Shown one piece after another: positions 42,447 through 53,975 of a DNA stretch of 64,000 nt. The notes under the pieces are model-generated. The model was not told where the DNA came from, made no database searches, and saw only the letters and a program-made list of their open reading frames with translations. The position numbers and the translations under genes were made by a program. Each line of letters opens with the position of its first letter. Within the stretch, counting starts at the first letter, position 1. Location of the stretch: contig CM074807.1 of assembly GCA_037447605.1 (NCBI GenBank), forward strand, positions 3,670,829 to 3,734,828, read 5' to 3'. Source of the stretch: Zygnema circumcarinatum SAG 698-1b (lineage: Eukaryota; Plantae; Zygnematophyceae).

Positions 42447-45343
42447 TCAGAACCAGTTGGACTTCTCATAGTCGCGGTATCCCCGCAGAAAGCCATCCAG
42501 CGCCGTTCTGCTCTTGTTCCATTGGTACTCCTCGATGATCTCGTCCGGAGTCCTCCTCTTCTCCTGCACCCCCCACAAGCAGCGCCTGCAATTCAGGGCA
42601 GCCTCTCTCCATCTCTCTCAAAGCGGCAAAAGGCATCTCGCTCAGGCTGTAAAGCCGCAATTTCCATGCTCTGAATCAAACCATATCGTCAAAATACGCT
42701 CCCTACCAAAGACGTTGCAAATTTACCATAGGGACCCTAATTTTCGTAAGAAAGCCCACTTTCATATTTCAGCCTCCTCTCTGTCATGCTCCCTAACCCT
42801 AAAAACCCTAAAATCCTAGAAACCCTAAAATCCTAAAAGCCGTCTTTAAGGAAAGAGTATTCTTCAGCTCTGAACCTCAAAACCCATCTTGAATATTACC
42901 TCGGGAATTATGGAAAACGATGTTCCGTTGTCACGAACGACCAAAGTCTCATTGTTGCGGTCTCTGCCACTTCCCCCGGGCACTTCGACCTGCTCCAATT
43001 CCACCACGCAATATTAAAGAATTTCGCAACCCTTTCCCTGCCTCATCAGCATGCCGAACTGAATAGCAATTAAGAACCAGCATTGACCAAGTGACAAAGA
43101 GTGGAAAGGAGGCCATAGCTTCAAGCTGACCTTCACATCCGCCCGCCGAATGGAACGGTCTGCCCCGTCAAGAACATAGATCTCCTCAAAGTCAAGCACA
43201 AAGTCCTCCTCAGTATCCCTCAGGTTATCAAGGTGCTTTATCAAAAAGACCTGGAGACCCATATGCCGCTCAAGGAAACAACGCGTAAGCGCGAGACTTA
43301 TGTCCCAAAAGGAGAATGCGGGAAGGGAGAGCTAACGAAATACGCAAAGAAGTGAGGGCTGAAAGAAAACCATGGAGGACCCAGATGGACGGAAACAAGT
43401 GGGAACATATACGCATCATAGACTCACTCCGAACGCGGGAGAAAAAAAAACGCACCTTCGCAACTTCATCCAAGCATACAGCCATGGGCGCTCTCGGAGC
43501 TCCGCTGGGAGGGAGGGCTTTGGTGAGAAGCAGCTTCCACTCCCCTCTCATACATCGCAGAGGCTGGCATGGAAGGAGAGCAGCACAGGGCAGGTCAGAC
43601 CCTCAAAACCTAAAAAGCCCTAAGAGAGGACATGACAGACTTCCAACTATGCTGCAGCAGTGGGCAGAGAAAAGAGACAACATAAACGTACACAGCTAAC
43701 GCTTCGACAATTCAGCTTAAAATGTGTGACTAATCGAATGTGTGGCTAGTCTAAGTGTTACTTTTGACATACACTTGTTGTTGGATGAACAGAAGCTCTG
43801 AATCAGCCACACAGCTCCAGCATAAATACTGGCCCCACGAGTTCCTTTGGCTGACAGTAAGAAAGCATGCCCGCATGAGAGAGGCCGCTGTATTTTTTTA
43901 TCATTGTAAGTGCGACTAGTTTCCGCTTACTGATCCGATTGCATACGCATGCAGCAATACCGTCATGGGATAGGCAAGTGCTCAAGCTGTCGGCCATATT
44001 GCCGACACCAGAATGCAGATATATCTTTTCTGGAGTGACATGTTTTTGCTTCAAATGGCAAGATCCATCGATTATTAGGGGGATCCTAAACATTCGACAT
44101 CGAATAGACGTCAGGAACCCATCATTACTCAGAATCAAGTACTTTTCCTTTCCGAGCCGTAACCTACAACAGAGGTTTCAGACATTTCCCCCTTTTATGT
44201 TTAATGCTTAACAACAGTAAGCACATTTTTCTTAAGTTCTCACATTCCGCAATTTTCAAGCGGAGTAATTAAACTTTTTAAGAACTGCGTGATTTCCTCC
44301 TAACATAAGATGAGCCCTGGTGTAGGCTCACCAGGGGAAGGCGTTTAAGCATCCTCTGAAGCCTTGAGAGAAGAGTGGGACAAGTGCAGAAGTGCCACCT
44401 TTGCGGGCATGCTGCCAAATATTTTGGGAACGGCGTACACCTCCGTGTCGGGAGCTGTGACATACATCTACAGAAGAGCAGAGGCAAAATCCCAATGAAA
44501 CTCACGTTAAAGCGACGAAACAAACGACAGAAAAAGATGTGTACATACTTAACATAAACACCCTTATTGACCAACGCATTTCCACACTCTCATATTGTCG
44601 CAATGCAAGTGCAGGAACGAGGAACGTGGGAGACGAGCAAAAGCGAGCAGTGGTTTGAGAGGTTTGAAAAAATTGAATGCACGCCTTACCTCTTGGAAGT
44701 TGTAGACGTCGTTGTCGGGATCCTCAACCATGCGAACAAAAAAGTCGCATGCGTGAAGCTTTATCTTGTGGAATTGACTTCTGTCAATCTTGTAGTCCAC
44801 CTCCTCTACTTCTACCCACTGCGGATTCTCGCCCTCCCCCACCTCGCTATCCCGCACGGAGAAGCTGCCCTCAGGCATGTCGTACTCCGTCTCTACCTCT
44901 ACCTCCATGTCCCCCTCCTGCTCCTCATCTTCCATCTCCGTCCCCATCTCATCTTCTCCCTCATACCCTTCAAAATCGTCGACGTCAAAGTCATCCTGCC
45001 GCGCAATCATTCTTTTTCCAAGGGAGAGATGTGAATTCTGCGGCCTGCGAGGCCACTCACTAGTAATAATCTCACCCTTTCTGCAAGCCGAACTTTTGAC
45101 TATCTTTGGAGCTCTAGTCACCGCTTGCGGCCCGCAGTATCTGGACTGAGCGCGTTGTTGAAGCCGCAGCTGTCGCAATTGTAGCGAAGGAGATGATGAG
45201 AATGGAGGCTCAGATAGTGCAGGAATAGAGCGTGAGACCCAACATTGAGAGGGAGTCGATGCCATGGAAAACCTGAAGTGACGAGGGTGGGGGTGATGCC
45301 AAATGGCTTGCCAGGAGCAATGCGAAGACGCAGCGAGCTCCAT
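42447..45343 (-). CDS. PTAC6: PLASTID TRANSCRIPTIONALLY ACTIVE 6 / PEP-associated protein 8 homologue
   Basis: The spliced product VDYKIDRSQFHKIKLHACDFFVRMVEDPDNDVYNFQE|MYVTAPDTEVYAVPKIFGSMPAK|PLRC...EVAK|VFLIKH...FVLDFEEIYVLD...|VEVPGG...LVVRDNGTSFSII|...SNWF* is collinear with the recalled Arabidopsis pTAC6 sequence. Transit-peptide-like N-terminus followed by an acidic tract. Confidence 0.85.
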
Positions 45344-46334
45344 GGCTTCCAGCAGCGCTTCTCCGCCTACTGCAGGAGCTGCTGCTTGCTGCCGGCAGCC
45401 ATGGCGGTCCTTTAGACAAGGCCTCCTTCAAAGGGGCGGTGAGAGGGAGCCTCTCTTTGAAGATGGGGACTTTTGGGGAGGGATAAGGGAACGGGTTCAG
45501 GGACACTGCGCTAATTCGAAATCAGTACTTCCCTAAAAACTATCGTATCTCGTTACAATGTATTTCGCAGCAACGCATGTACCGGTTTCGAAACCTTCTG
45601 TTTCGAGACATGTCAAAATTTGACAGCTGATGGTTGTTTGTCCTCTCTTCTGGGGCTTCTGTTAAAAAGAAATTTGACAAAAAAAACGAATAAGTTTTGC
45701 CTGGGGAAGTTGTTTTGAAAATAATGTTCTTCGGTTGGCAGTTGGTACTTTAACGGGGGATACACGTACTAGTTTCAAGGTATTTTTTTTCCCCTTTTTT
45801 TTTCTTTCTGCCCTGCTTGCATTTCATGATGGTAAGCTTCCAAAGCAGCACACGCCTCTGCAGGCACTCGATTGAAGATTTGAGACAAAGGAAAGAGAAA
45901 TGAGTGGCAAAGCAGCGACAGATTAGGGTTCACAAAGGCACCTCGACTGATCTTAAGAATTTCAACTAACCATTGAAACATATTTTTGCTTTGACTAAAA
46001 ACTTGATTATCTCTTCCATGTTCTGTTGCCCTCTCCACACAAGGAGATCCTACACTCATCTTCAAGAGCCAACTTTCTATGAAGCTGTGCACAGAGAGCC
46101 GGCAATAAGGTGCCGTTTCAAACCCACGTAAATTGCAAGAACACACACAGTAAGCTGTAAGAGGCTAATGCTGATTACATTCGAAACCCTAAACTCCACG
46201 CCAAAGCGTAACGGCTGTACACTACCCGAGACACGCAGACCTCACCATATTACCGCAACATTCATTCCATTCTAAAGCAGGCCGACTCAAGTGAAACAGG
46301 TCCTCTCGCTCTGCTGTCACATAGAGTTCGAGAG

Positions 46335-48220
46335 TCAGTCTCGTTCCACATCGCTGCTGTCAGCCCTCTCACTCTCCCTCCTCTCGCCTGCCGCATAGGC
46401 TCCAAGCTCCTCACTTTCATCCAAAGCAGTTGCTGCATCTGCAATGCTCCAAAGCGCAGTGTTACTGAGAGTTCCGAACCCTATGATAGCGTTCTTGGGT
46501 CATGTCTGCAGAGCTCAAAATCATTCATAGATGACAAAGCATGGACCCCAGATCTCCATCGTATTTAGAAACCAAAGACATAGTCTCACCTTTGCCTTCA
46601 TCCTCACTCAACTCTCCCGGCTCCTCTCTCACAAGCTCCTCCTCCTCCTCCCCTTCTCCCTCGCCCTGCTCCTGCTCCGCCTCCAGCGTCTCCAGCTCCT
46701 CGCTCACCTCTGCCTTCTTCTCTGAACGCCACTGTCGGCAGACCACCAGAGAGGTATTCAGGCACAGCTACACACTACAATGATATGATGATGAGCTACA
46801 CTGGTTGACAGCTTTGACTACGTTGAAAGCAGAAATGACAGGAACTCTTGTCACTTTCGAAAAGGAGACAAGGCCTGATTGGACAGCAGTAGATGGGCTT
46901 GAAGTATATCAAAATGATGATAATTCACCTCAAAGAAGATCGGTTTACAGGCATTCTGGCACGTTGCCAAGCCTATGACCTGGCTAATGACTCAAGAAAG
47001 TAAAATCGAGCAAAGCAAATGCAGTCCAAGAACAGTGAGAACTCCACCTTATCAAGATCATTATCAAGCTCCTCTTTAGTTGGTAATGGGCGACTATCCC
47101 TTCTCCCTCGCCCTCCTCCTGGAGAATACACAGAAAGGATTGATACGATAAGCTGCCTCAAGCAAACCTAAAATTGCTTTGAAATTGCTTGTTAAAACTA
47201 ACTAAACCTAGCCTAGTCGCCTAACCCACAATCTGGATGTCGCCAGCAAAGTTTTGAGCACACTCAGTGAACTCCTTCCTAACCCCCCAGGGTCCTAGGC
47301 AGCCCAATTGCTATACTGAACTTGTGATCGTATCTCCTCAAATTGTATTACAAAAATTGTCCATTGCCGGCTGATCTTGACTTTCAAAGCATTAATCTGT
47401 CTTCACATAAGCGATTTAAACAACTCTATTTTTTGCAGAAAAAAAAGGGCCAATCTTTTTCCTAGCAGACTGAGTCAGGTTTGCATGAATTTCTCAAAAG
47501 AACCTCCATTAGCCTGTCGTTGGACCTGGTGATACATTCAGTTTCAATGAGTTTTGTTCGCAGACATATAAGAACACTCGAGTACTTGTTTCCGAATTAG
47601 TTCCTTCTAACGGCCAATAATTGACCAAAGACCGATTCTGTATCCTCACCGTGTAGTCACAATGTGGCAAAGCATCATCTTGCTTGAAGAATAAAAAAGC
47701 TTAACCAGGAAGTGGATACTAAACGATCCACATAACAGCCAACTCAGAAAAGCATAAACAGCACGTCTGATTACATGCGCAGACAGGCTTCACCTCTGCA
47801 TACAGCCCTGTTTTTCCATCCTCATATTGAATTCACACTCCTGGTTCCTTCTTTCTCATCTGAACTATACTCCCTTAACTGCACATAAAACGAAAGACAG
47901 ACCAAAAACACAACTGCTACCGATTCCCAGAACTCAAGTGGCAGTAGCTCACCAAATCCGCCTCTTCCACTACTTCCTGCTCCTCCTCCCCTCATCGGCC
48001 CTCCCAGAAATCCATGATACTCTCCTCCAAATCTGTACCGCGCATAGGGCCCCTGCCCTGGCTTGTACACTCCTCCCCCATACACGCCCAGGAGGCCTCT
48101 CCCATTAGCAGGCCAGTCAGGCCGCCTCAAGAGGCCTGAATTGTAGCCTCCTACATAAGGATATCCGCCATAGCCGGCCTCCCTGTAGCCCCTGTACGGT
48201 CCTCCGCCATAACCTGACAT
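46335..48220 (-). CDS. Gly/Tyr/Arg-rich protein with FoP/CHTOP C-terminal-duplication-like motif and acidic tail (probable RNA/chromatin-binding)
   Basis: Exon 1 is YG/RGG-rich. Exons 2-3 give GGGRGRRDSRPLPTKEELDNDLDK|WRSEKK, resembling the FoP motif. Four exons join in consistent phase; stop at 46335-46337. Confidence 0.6.
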
Positions 48221-48472
48221 GCCACCTGCTACAAGAGCTGTCCTTGCAGGGTTGCAATTTGGAATGGGGGGTGCCTGCGCCTTCCGGTGCTACTCACGAA
48301 TTGAACTCAGCAGACATCGCGCCTGCAGCGAGAGAGAAGCGGTGGGAGAGGCAGCGGGTGAGGAAGGTAGCAAGGCCGTTCGGAGAGCCGGAGAGGGCGA
48401 AAAGGCGAGGAAGGCGTCGCATATTTGAAGGGGGCGAACGTGAAGGAGGGAGGGAGGGGGGAATGCTATAGC

Positions 48473-50608
48473 ATGAAGGGAAGACAGCAGGTAGAGCAGC
48501 TTACAGGATGGCAGTGGTACACTAAGCTGTCTGCTATCTGCTTCATAACAGGAGCTGCCATGGAGCTCTTCATGATCAAAACTGGATTCTGTAGGTTTCT
48601 CAGACTGACATATGGGGACATGAGCAGCAGCTAGGCTCTTATCTTTGCAGATAGAACTGTTTCTACAGAAACTTGTCTGAACTTGTGTTGAGAGAGAGGA
48701 GAGAGAGGGAGTGGGGGAGAGAGAGAGAACGAGAGAGATGGAGAGAAAGGAGATCCACCTACATGAATGAGTTGTGCTCTGACTGATGAGACATAGTACG
48801 GGCCATTGGTCATCGTTAACAATCTGCCCTTTACACATTCATTGACCTCCAATCTCGTATACTTAATTCTTACAGAAGCAAGGAAAGCCAACAAAGCGTG
48901 GAACTGAATTTGGCTGTCTTATGAGTAGCAGCAGTACATGGCTTTTGGTATTTTGTGTTGTGTAGGTCAGGCTTAAGCAGAGCGATACATTCCAGCTTTT
49001 GTTCTTCCCAGGGTCCACTTAACATCCGAACTTACACGGAATAACGACTCCAATCATACATCCCATAGAGCGAAGGATTCAGTGGATCAATAACTTTTTG
49101 TGAAGCCAGGTCTCTAGAATGTCAACTCCATTGCCCATTTTAAAAAGTGTAAATTGCCTGGACAAGGGTGCCATCGTATGTTCTGACCAGCCACAGAAGC
49201 ACCAGTATGATACACTCGCATTGTCGCATCAGCTGACTAATCGTAGGTTTGGTCATCCTGTCAGCCTGCGGAGGCAAGTTTTTAAGGGGGATCTCGAGAG
49301 CGATTTGTTGCGACCAATAATTGAACCTCCTTTGGAAGGTGGCTCGAAGCTGTTCTCCTCATAACTAACTTTCGTTTGATTGTTACATAAAGATGCAACG
49401 CTGAAATGGGAAGCGCCTCTTGTATTGCTGAAAATTATGCACTTTCAGGGCCATTAGGATGTCAAACATAAATGAAGAGTAATCCCAGTATTTTCTTTGC
49501 ACTTTGACAAAACTTCCAATTAAGGAATGCTTTGAGGAACTTTTTAGTCAGTCAATCTGGCAAGTCGAATAACTTCAAAGGCTTTGCATTAGATGACAAT
49601 CTCTTGATAGGACCTTTTGGGAACTCAAGGAGGGTTCAAAGATTTCTTCAAAATAAAATACATACACTTCAAGGATTTGAGCGGCTTTAGACTGGGTTAG
49701 AGTATAGCCACCAATTTCTAGGTCATGTACAGTCTTGTCAGTAGCCATAGATGAAACTTAAGGCTATAGACTTGATTTTATGATTGACAGGCTTGTTTGG
49801 ATCCATTTGATCTGTCCTCTGTGGCACAGTGAAGGGCTTGTCCATCGCAATGCTTGAGCGAGCTCTAGTCAAGTTGCAGATGTTTCAGACACTGATATCA
49901 GCGCTTTAGCCTGGTTTTACACCAGAAGGGACTTTAAAGTAACTGGTAACTGAAGCTGAAGCTGGTAACTGAAGCTTTTCAAAACAGACGAGCGTTTCTC
50001 AATATCAACAGCTAGAATAAACTTCCAACAGCAGGACTGTGGCAGAGAAGTCATCTGTATGCTTCTAGCAGTGGGCTCGTCTAATGCTCGTTAGGGTTGT
50101 TGTGATGTGACAATGAACTTGTTAGGAGGCAACATTTCCCTCCTTTTCAATCTTATTCACCATTCGTGGCATGTGGATGGGGCATAACAGACGAGAAGGT
50201 GACTGAGATTGAGGCACAACGACGTGCTGAGCTGCACGAACAGGTGAAGTCTTGGCAGGGTTTGCCTTCGATTGGCTGCTTGGCTGGTTGGAGCTTGGCA
50301 CCCTTAGGGTCAAGCTGATTGGCTGCGCATCCTATCACCTCTCATCTCTCTCATCCTACTCTTCTCTGACCTCTCCCTGCAAATAATGTAATTTGCATGA
50401 AAGTTATGCACAGCCTGCATCCTCTCTCTCTCTGCTCCACATGAGCCTGTGTCTCATAGGTTTTGAATGGTAGAGTAGCGCAAGAAATACCCAGCTAAAA
50501 GCAGGCAACTTTGCCATCGTTGACCTGCAGATGAGGCAGTTGGCAGAATTGGATAGCAGCAAGGCGGGAGGTCCTGCCGGAAGGGCTCCACAAGAGGAGC
50601 GGCCATAG
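48473..50608 (+). CDS. Small single-TM mitochondrial protein, UQCC5/SMIM4 (UPF0640)-like; exons 48473-48590, 50191-50243, 50531-50608
   Basis: WQWYTKLSAICFITGAAMELFMIKTGF|YEKVTEIEAQRRAE matches the recalled plant GxxMExFMIKTGFYDKVT pattern. Splice phases are consistent. The third exon is tentative. Confidence 0.65.
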
Positions 50609-51438
50609 CCTGCCATTGACGCATCTCTCCCCCCCCTTTTCCAGCCCTTGAGCTCACTGCTGCTCTGCCTTGCAGCTGGGCCATCCGAGAATGCTTGCAG
50701 CGGCCCATGCATGTATGTGGCCACGCTCTCAATAAAATGCATGCATGGATGTGATGGCATCCCCTCCTGCAAGCGATCCATGACGGGCTCCATCATGCAT
50801 CATCATGGGGACTTTACTAATAAGAAAATCTTAACCGAGGGGAGGTTTCTAACAGGACAATGGCTAAACACTGGTTGTCGCCGACTGTCAAAATGAGACC
50901 GGAAAAGAATACCACAAATGCGAGTAAACTGCATCTGAGAGGAGTGTGTGTGTGTGCTTGAAAGTCAAATGAGAGAGAGAAAAAAAAATGAGAAAAAAAA
51001 TAATGAAATGAGATTACAGAAGCCAACCATCTTTTTACTGCCGCGTGTTTAGTCAGAGTCGATGGTCACGACTTCCCTAGTGGTTAGTCGTGGCCATGAC
51101 TTTCCCTTTTAAGGGTGAGGGGTGCTCCTGCAAGGGGGGGGGATCCAAACGCTCCGGCATTGGTTCGTTTGTTGACGTGGACGCCACGTGGCGCTTTCTA
51201 GTTGGCCCTAAAGCCGTGAAGCGGCGCCCCTTCCGTCATCCAACCCGGCATGCAACCGTCAGGCGCTTGCGGACGGTTTGTATCCAACTGGTTGGATGCA
51301 AGTTCTCGCAGTTGGATGAAGTCGAATAAACGAGCTTCGTTTCGGAGGTTTAGAAAAATACACTGCCGCAATTTTTACTCCGGAGCTTCAACCGGTTGGA
51401 GAAAGTTGAACCAAGGAACCCCAGCCTGACCATGACCG

Positions 51439-51440
<2 letters not shown>

Positions 51441-51524
<84 letters not shown>
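51441..51524. repeat. (CCCATG)14 hexanucleotide microsatellite
   Basis: 14 perfect units followed by degenerate ACCATG units. Confidence 0.9.
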
Positions 51525-53527
51525 CCTATGACCATTATACCATCACTATGACCATGACCATTCGAGGTACGGTTGGCCGCGGAGTACGCACGTCAGTCTG
51601 GTCGGTCATAGTCATGTCATGGTCAAGGCCATGGTCATGATCCGCGAATCTGCCATCGCGCGGCTCCTCGTGGTTCCCACGCTGCTTTGGCCCACGGCCT
51701 TTCGGGCCCTCGAATGGACGTGGGCCGCGCCACATCCACTCCCCTCGTCTGATGACTGGTCCACGTCGGCACTGCCGTACTCCGTTTTGTCGTTATAAAG
51801 TGACGTGGCTTCACGCTAGTCCAAACCCCCGCAAACAAACAACGACGTGCGTTGTCGGCGGACAACCGTACCCCGCGCCGACCGCCAACCGTCGCCGGGC
51901 CGCCCGCTACACGACAGCGCTTCCGCGTGCCCGCAGCGCGCCCCGCCGAAGGGTGAAATGTCGCCCGGCGGGACTGCTTTGTCGCCTTCAATGCTGCCGG
52001 CCTGCCGTACGGCGCCGACCCCTCGCCTTTCAAGGCGCGCAAACTGTCGGGGGCCGCGGCCCCCCGCGCTCGTCTCGGCCATTTTGGAGCATTTGCGAGA
52101 TCGAATCTATAGGTACGAAAGGGTGGGACCGCTCAGATCAGATCGGATTCGTGACCGTACGTACACGTGAGTGTAAAAGTCGTATTAACCGACAAACGTG
52201 ATTGAATGATCTAAGCAGATCGACAGTTCAGAAAATCTGTGAGTACCAGGTCAGCAAGAATCGGGATCCGCAGAGTGTACGGAGAAGCAGCAGGACGCCA
52301 CGACGTCGGGAAGAATCCGAATTTCGAATCTCTCTGGATTGCAATCAGATTCGAAATCTACGGCTGGGGCGTATTTAAAGGATCCGCACGATCTGGAAGC
52401 TAGCGCCGCAAGGGGACAAATAAAGGCCCTGCCGGCGGGCGGGCCGACCGGCCGCGACCGTACGCCTGGTCAGCGGCGGGCGTACAAAGGTCGTTGACGC
52501 CACGGTACGGCAACAGAAGTGGACGGGGAGGGGGGGGCGGCGACAGAGAGCTTGGAGAGGGAGAGGGAGAGGGAGAGGGAGAGGGAGAGAGAGAGGAGGC
52601 GCGGGCGCACAGGGGCCATGGCTCCGGCGCAGACGCAGGAGGCGGGGTGGGCGATGCTTCCAGGTGCATGAGAGGGGCAGGGGAGAGGATATATGGGAGG
52701 GATGGAGGGGCTAAGGTTGAGATGAGAGGTAGGATGGGAGGGAGGGAGGGAGGGAGGGAGGGAGGGAGGGAGGGAGGGAGGGAGGGAGGAGCCCAGAAGG
52801 AGGGAGAGAGGAGAGGGAGGAAGGAGTTGGAGTGAGGTAGGAGGAGGCTGTTGGAGGAATAGAAAGATTCCCGGAAATGTGGGAATGTCTATGGGGAAAC
52901 TGCGAAGGATGAGGGAGGGAGAATGTGAAGGTGGTGGGAGAGGCGAGAGGAGAGGATCAAGAAAAAAGAGGGAGAAGGCAAAGATCGAGGGAGAGGGATG
53001 TGGCCTGTTTGCAGGGGAAGGGGTGGGAGGAGCGAGGGAGAGGAGGTAGCAAGGCGGCTGAAATGCTCGGAAATGGCTCAAACAAATGTCTTATCTATAC
53101 ATAAATGCGTAGAAATGTTTCTATCTTGCTCAGAAATTATAAAAATACTTTGAAAATGGCAGTGGAACGTGAGCTCTATGTGCAAGGTTGTCATAGAAAC
53201 AGCTCAGAAACGCTCGGGCACGTCACAGAAATGCTCAGTAGTGATAAAATATTGTCCTGAATCGTGCCGGAATTTCTCAGACAGCCCTCACAGAAAGATT
53301 CAGAAACCTCTTCTAAATGTTACATTCGAGCTCGGAAGTGCCCTAAAACCGTCTATGTCCCGCCGACTCGATGCCGCACCCTCTGGAATGCTCCGAAACC
53401 CCTGAAACTCCTGCTGACCTAAACCTAAGCTTTCAGAGGTGCTGCCGAGCTGAGCAGGAGGCAGGGGGAGGGAGGCGCAGGCTTTTGGGAGCGCGTGTCG
53501 GGGCGGGCCCGCCAGAAGAGGCAGCCA

Positions 53528-53944
53528 ATGGAGGGGCAGGAGCCGGCCGGCCACACGTGGGGACGCGCAGGGCGATTGGTGCAGGCGCAGGAGGCTCAGC
53601 GGGAGGGGGAGGGAGGGGGGGGAGAGTGGAGGGGTCGGGACGGGAAGGGGGGGGAGGGAGGGGCAGGATTGGAGATGCCAACGGAGGACTTTTGGAAGAA
53701 TTGGAAGGCGACGAAGGCTGAACTTGAAGAGGGACTGAGGTGAGGGAGTGAGGGGCGGGGGGGAAGGGAGGAAGGGAGGGGGAGGGGGAGGGGGGGGGAG
53801 CTGGTTTGGGGGCACGTAGGTTGAGTTGTGTGCTCACATTGAGCATTTCTTGCTTTCGGTTTCAGCTTTCGGATGTTCCTCTTGCTCTCCTACTCTCTCC
53901 CCTTCAACCTTTCTTACTCCCCCTTGCCCGTACCTTGCATGCTT

Positions 53945-53975
<31 letters not shown>

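Noticed and set aside
51070-51100. tRNA A-box-like CTAGTGGTTAG
   Set aside because: No B-box or cloverleaf downstream. Likewise GTTCGAATCC at ~58466 lacks tRNA context.
51350-51535. (MG)n ORF
   Set aside because: Antisense reading of the (CCCATG)14 microsatellite.
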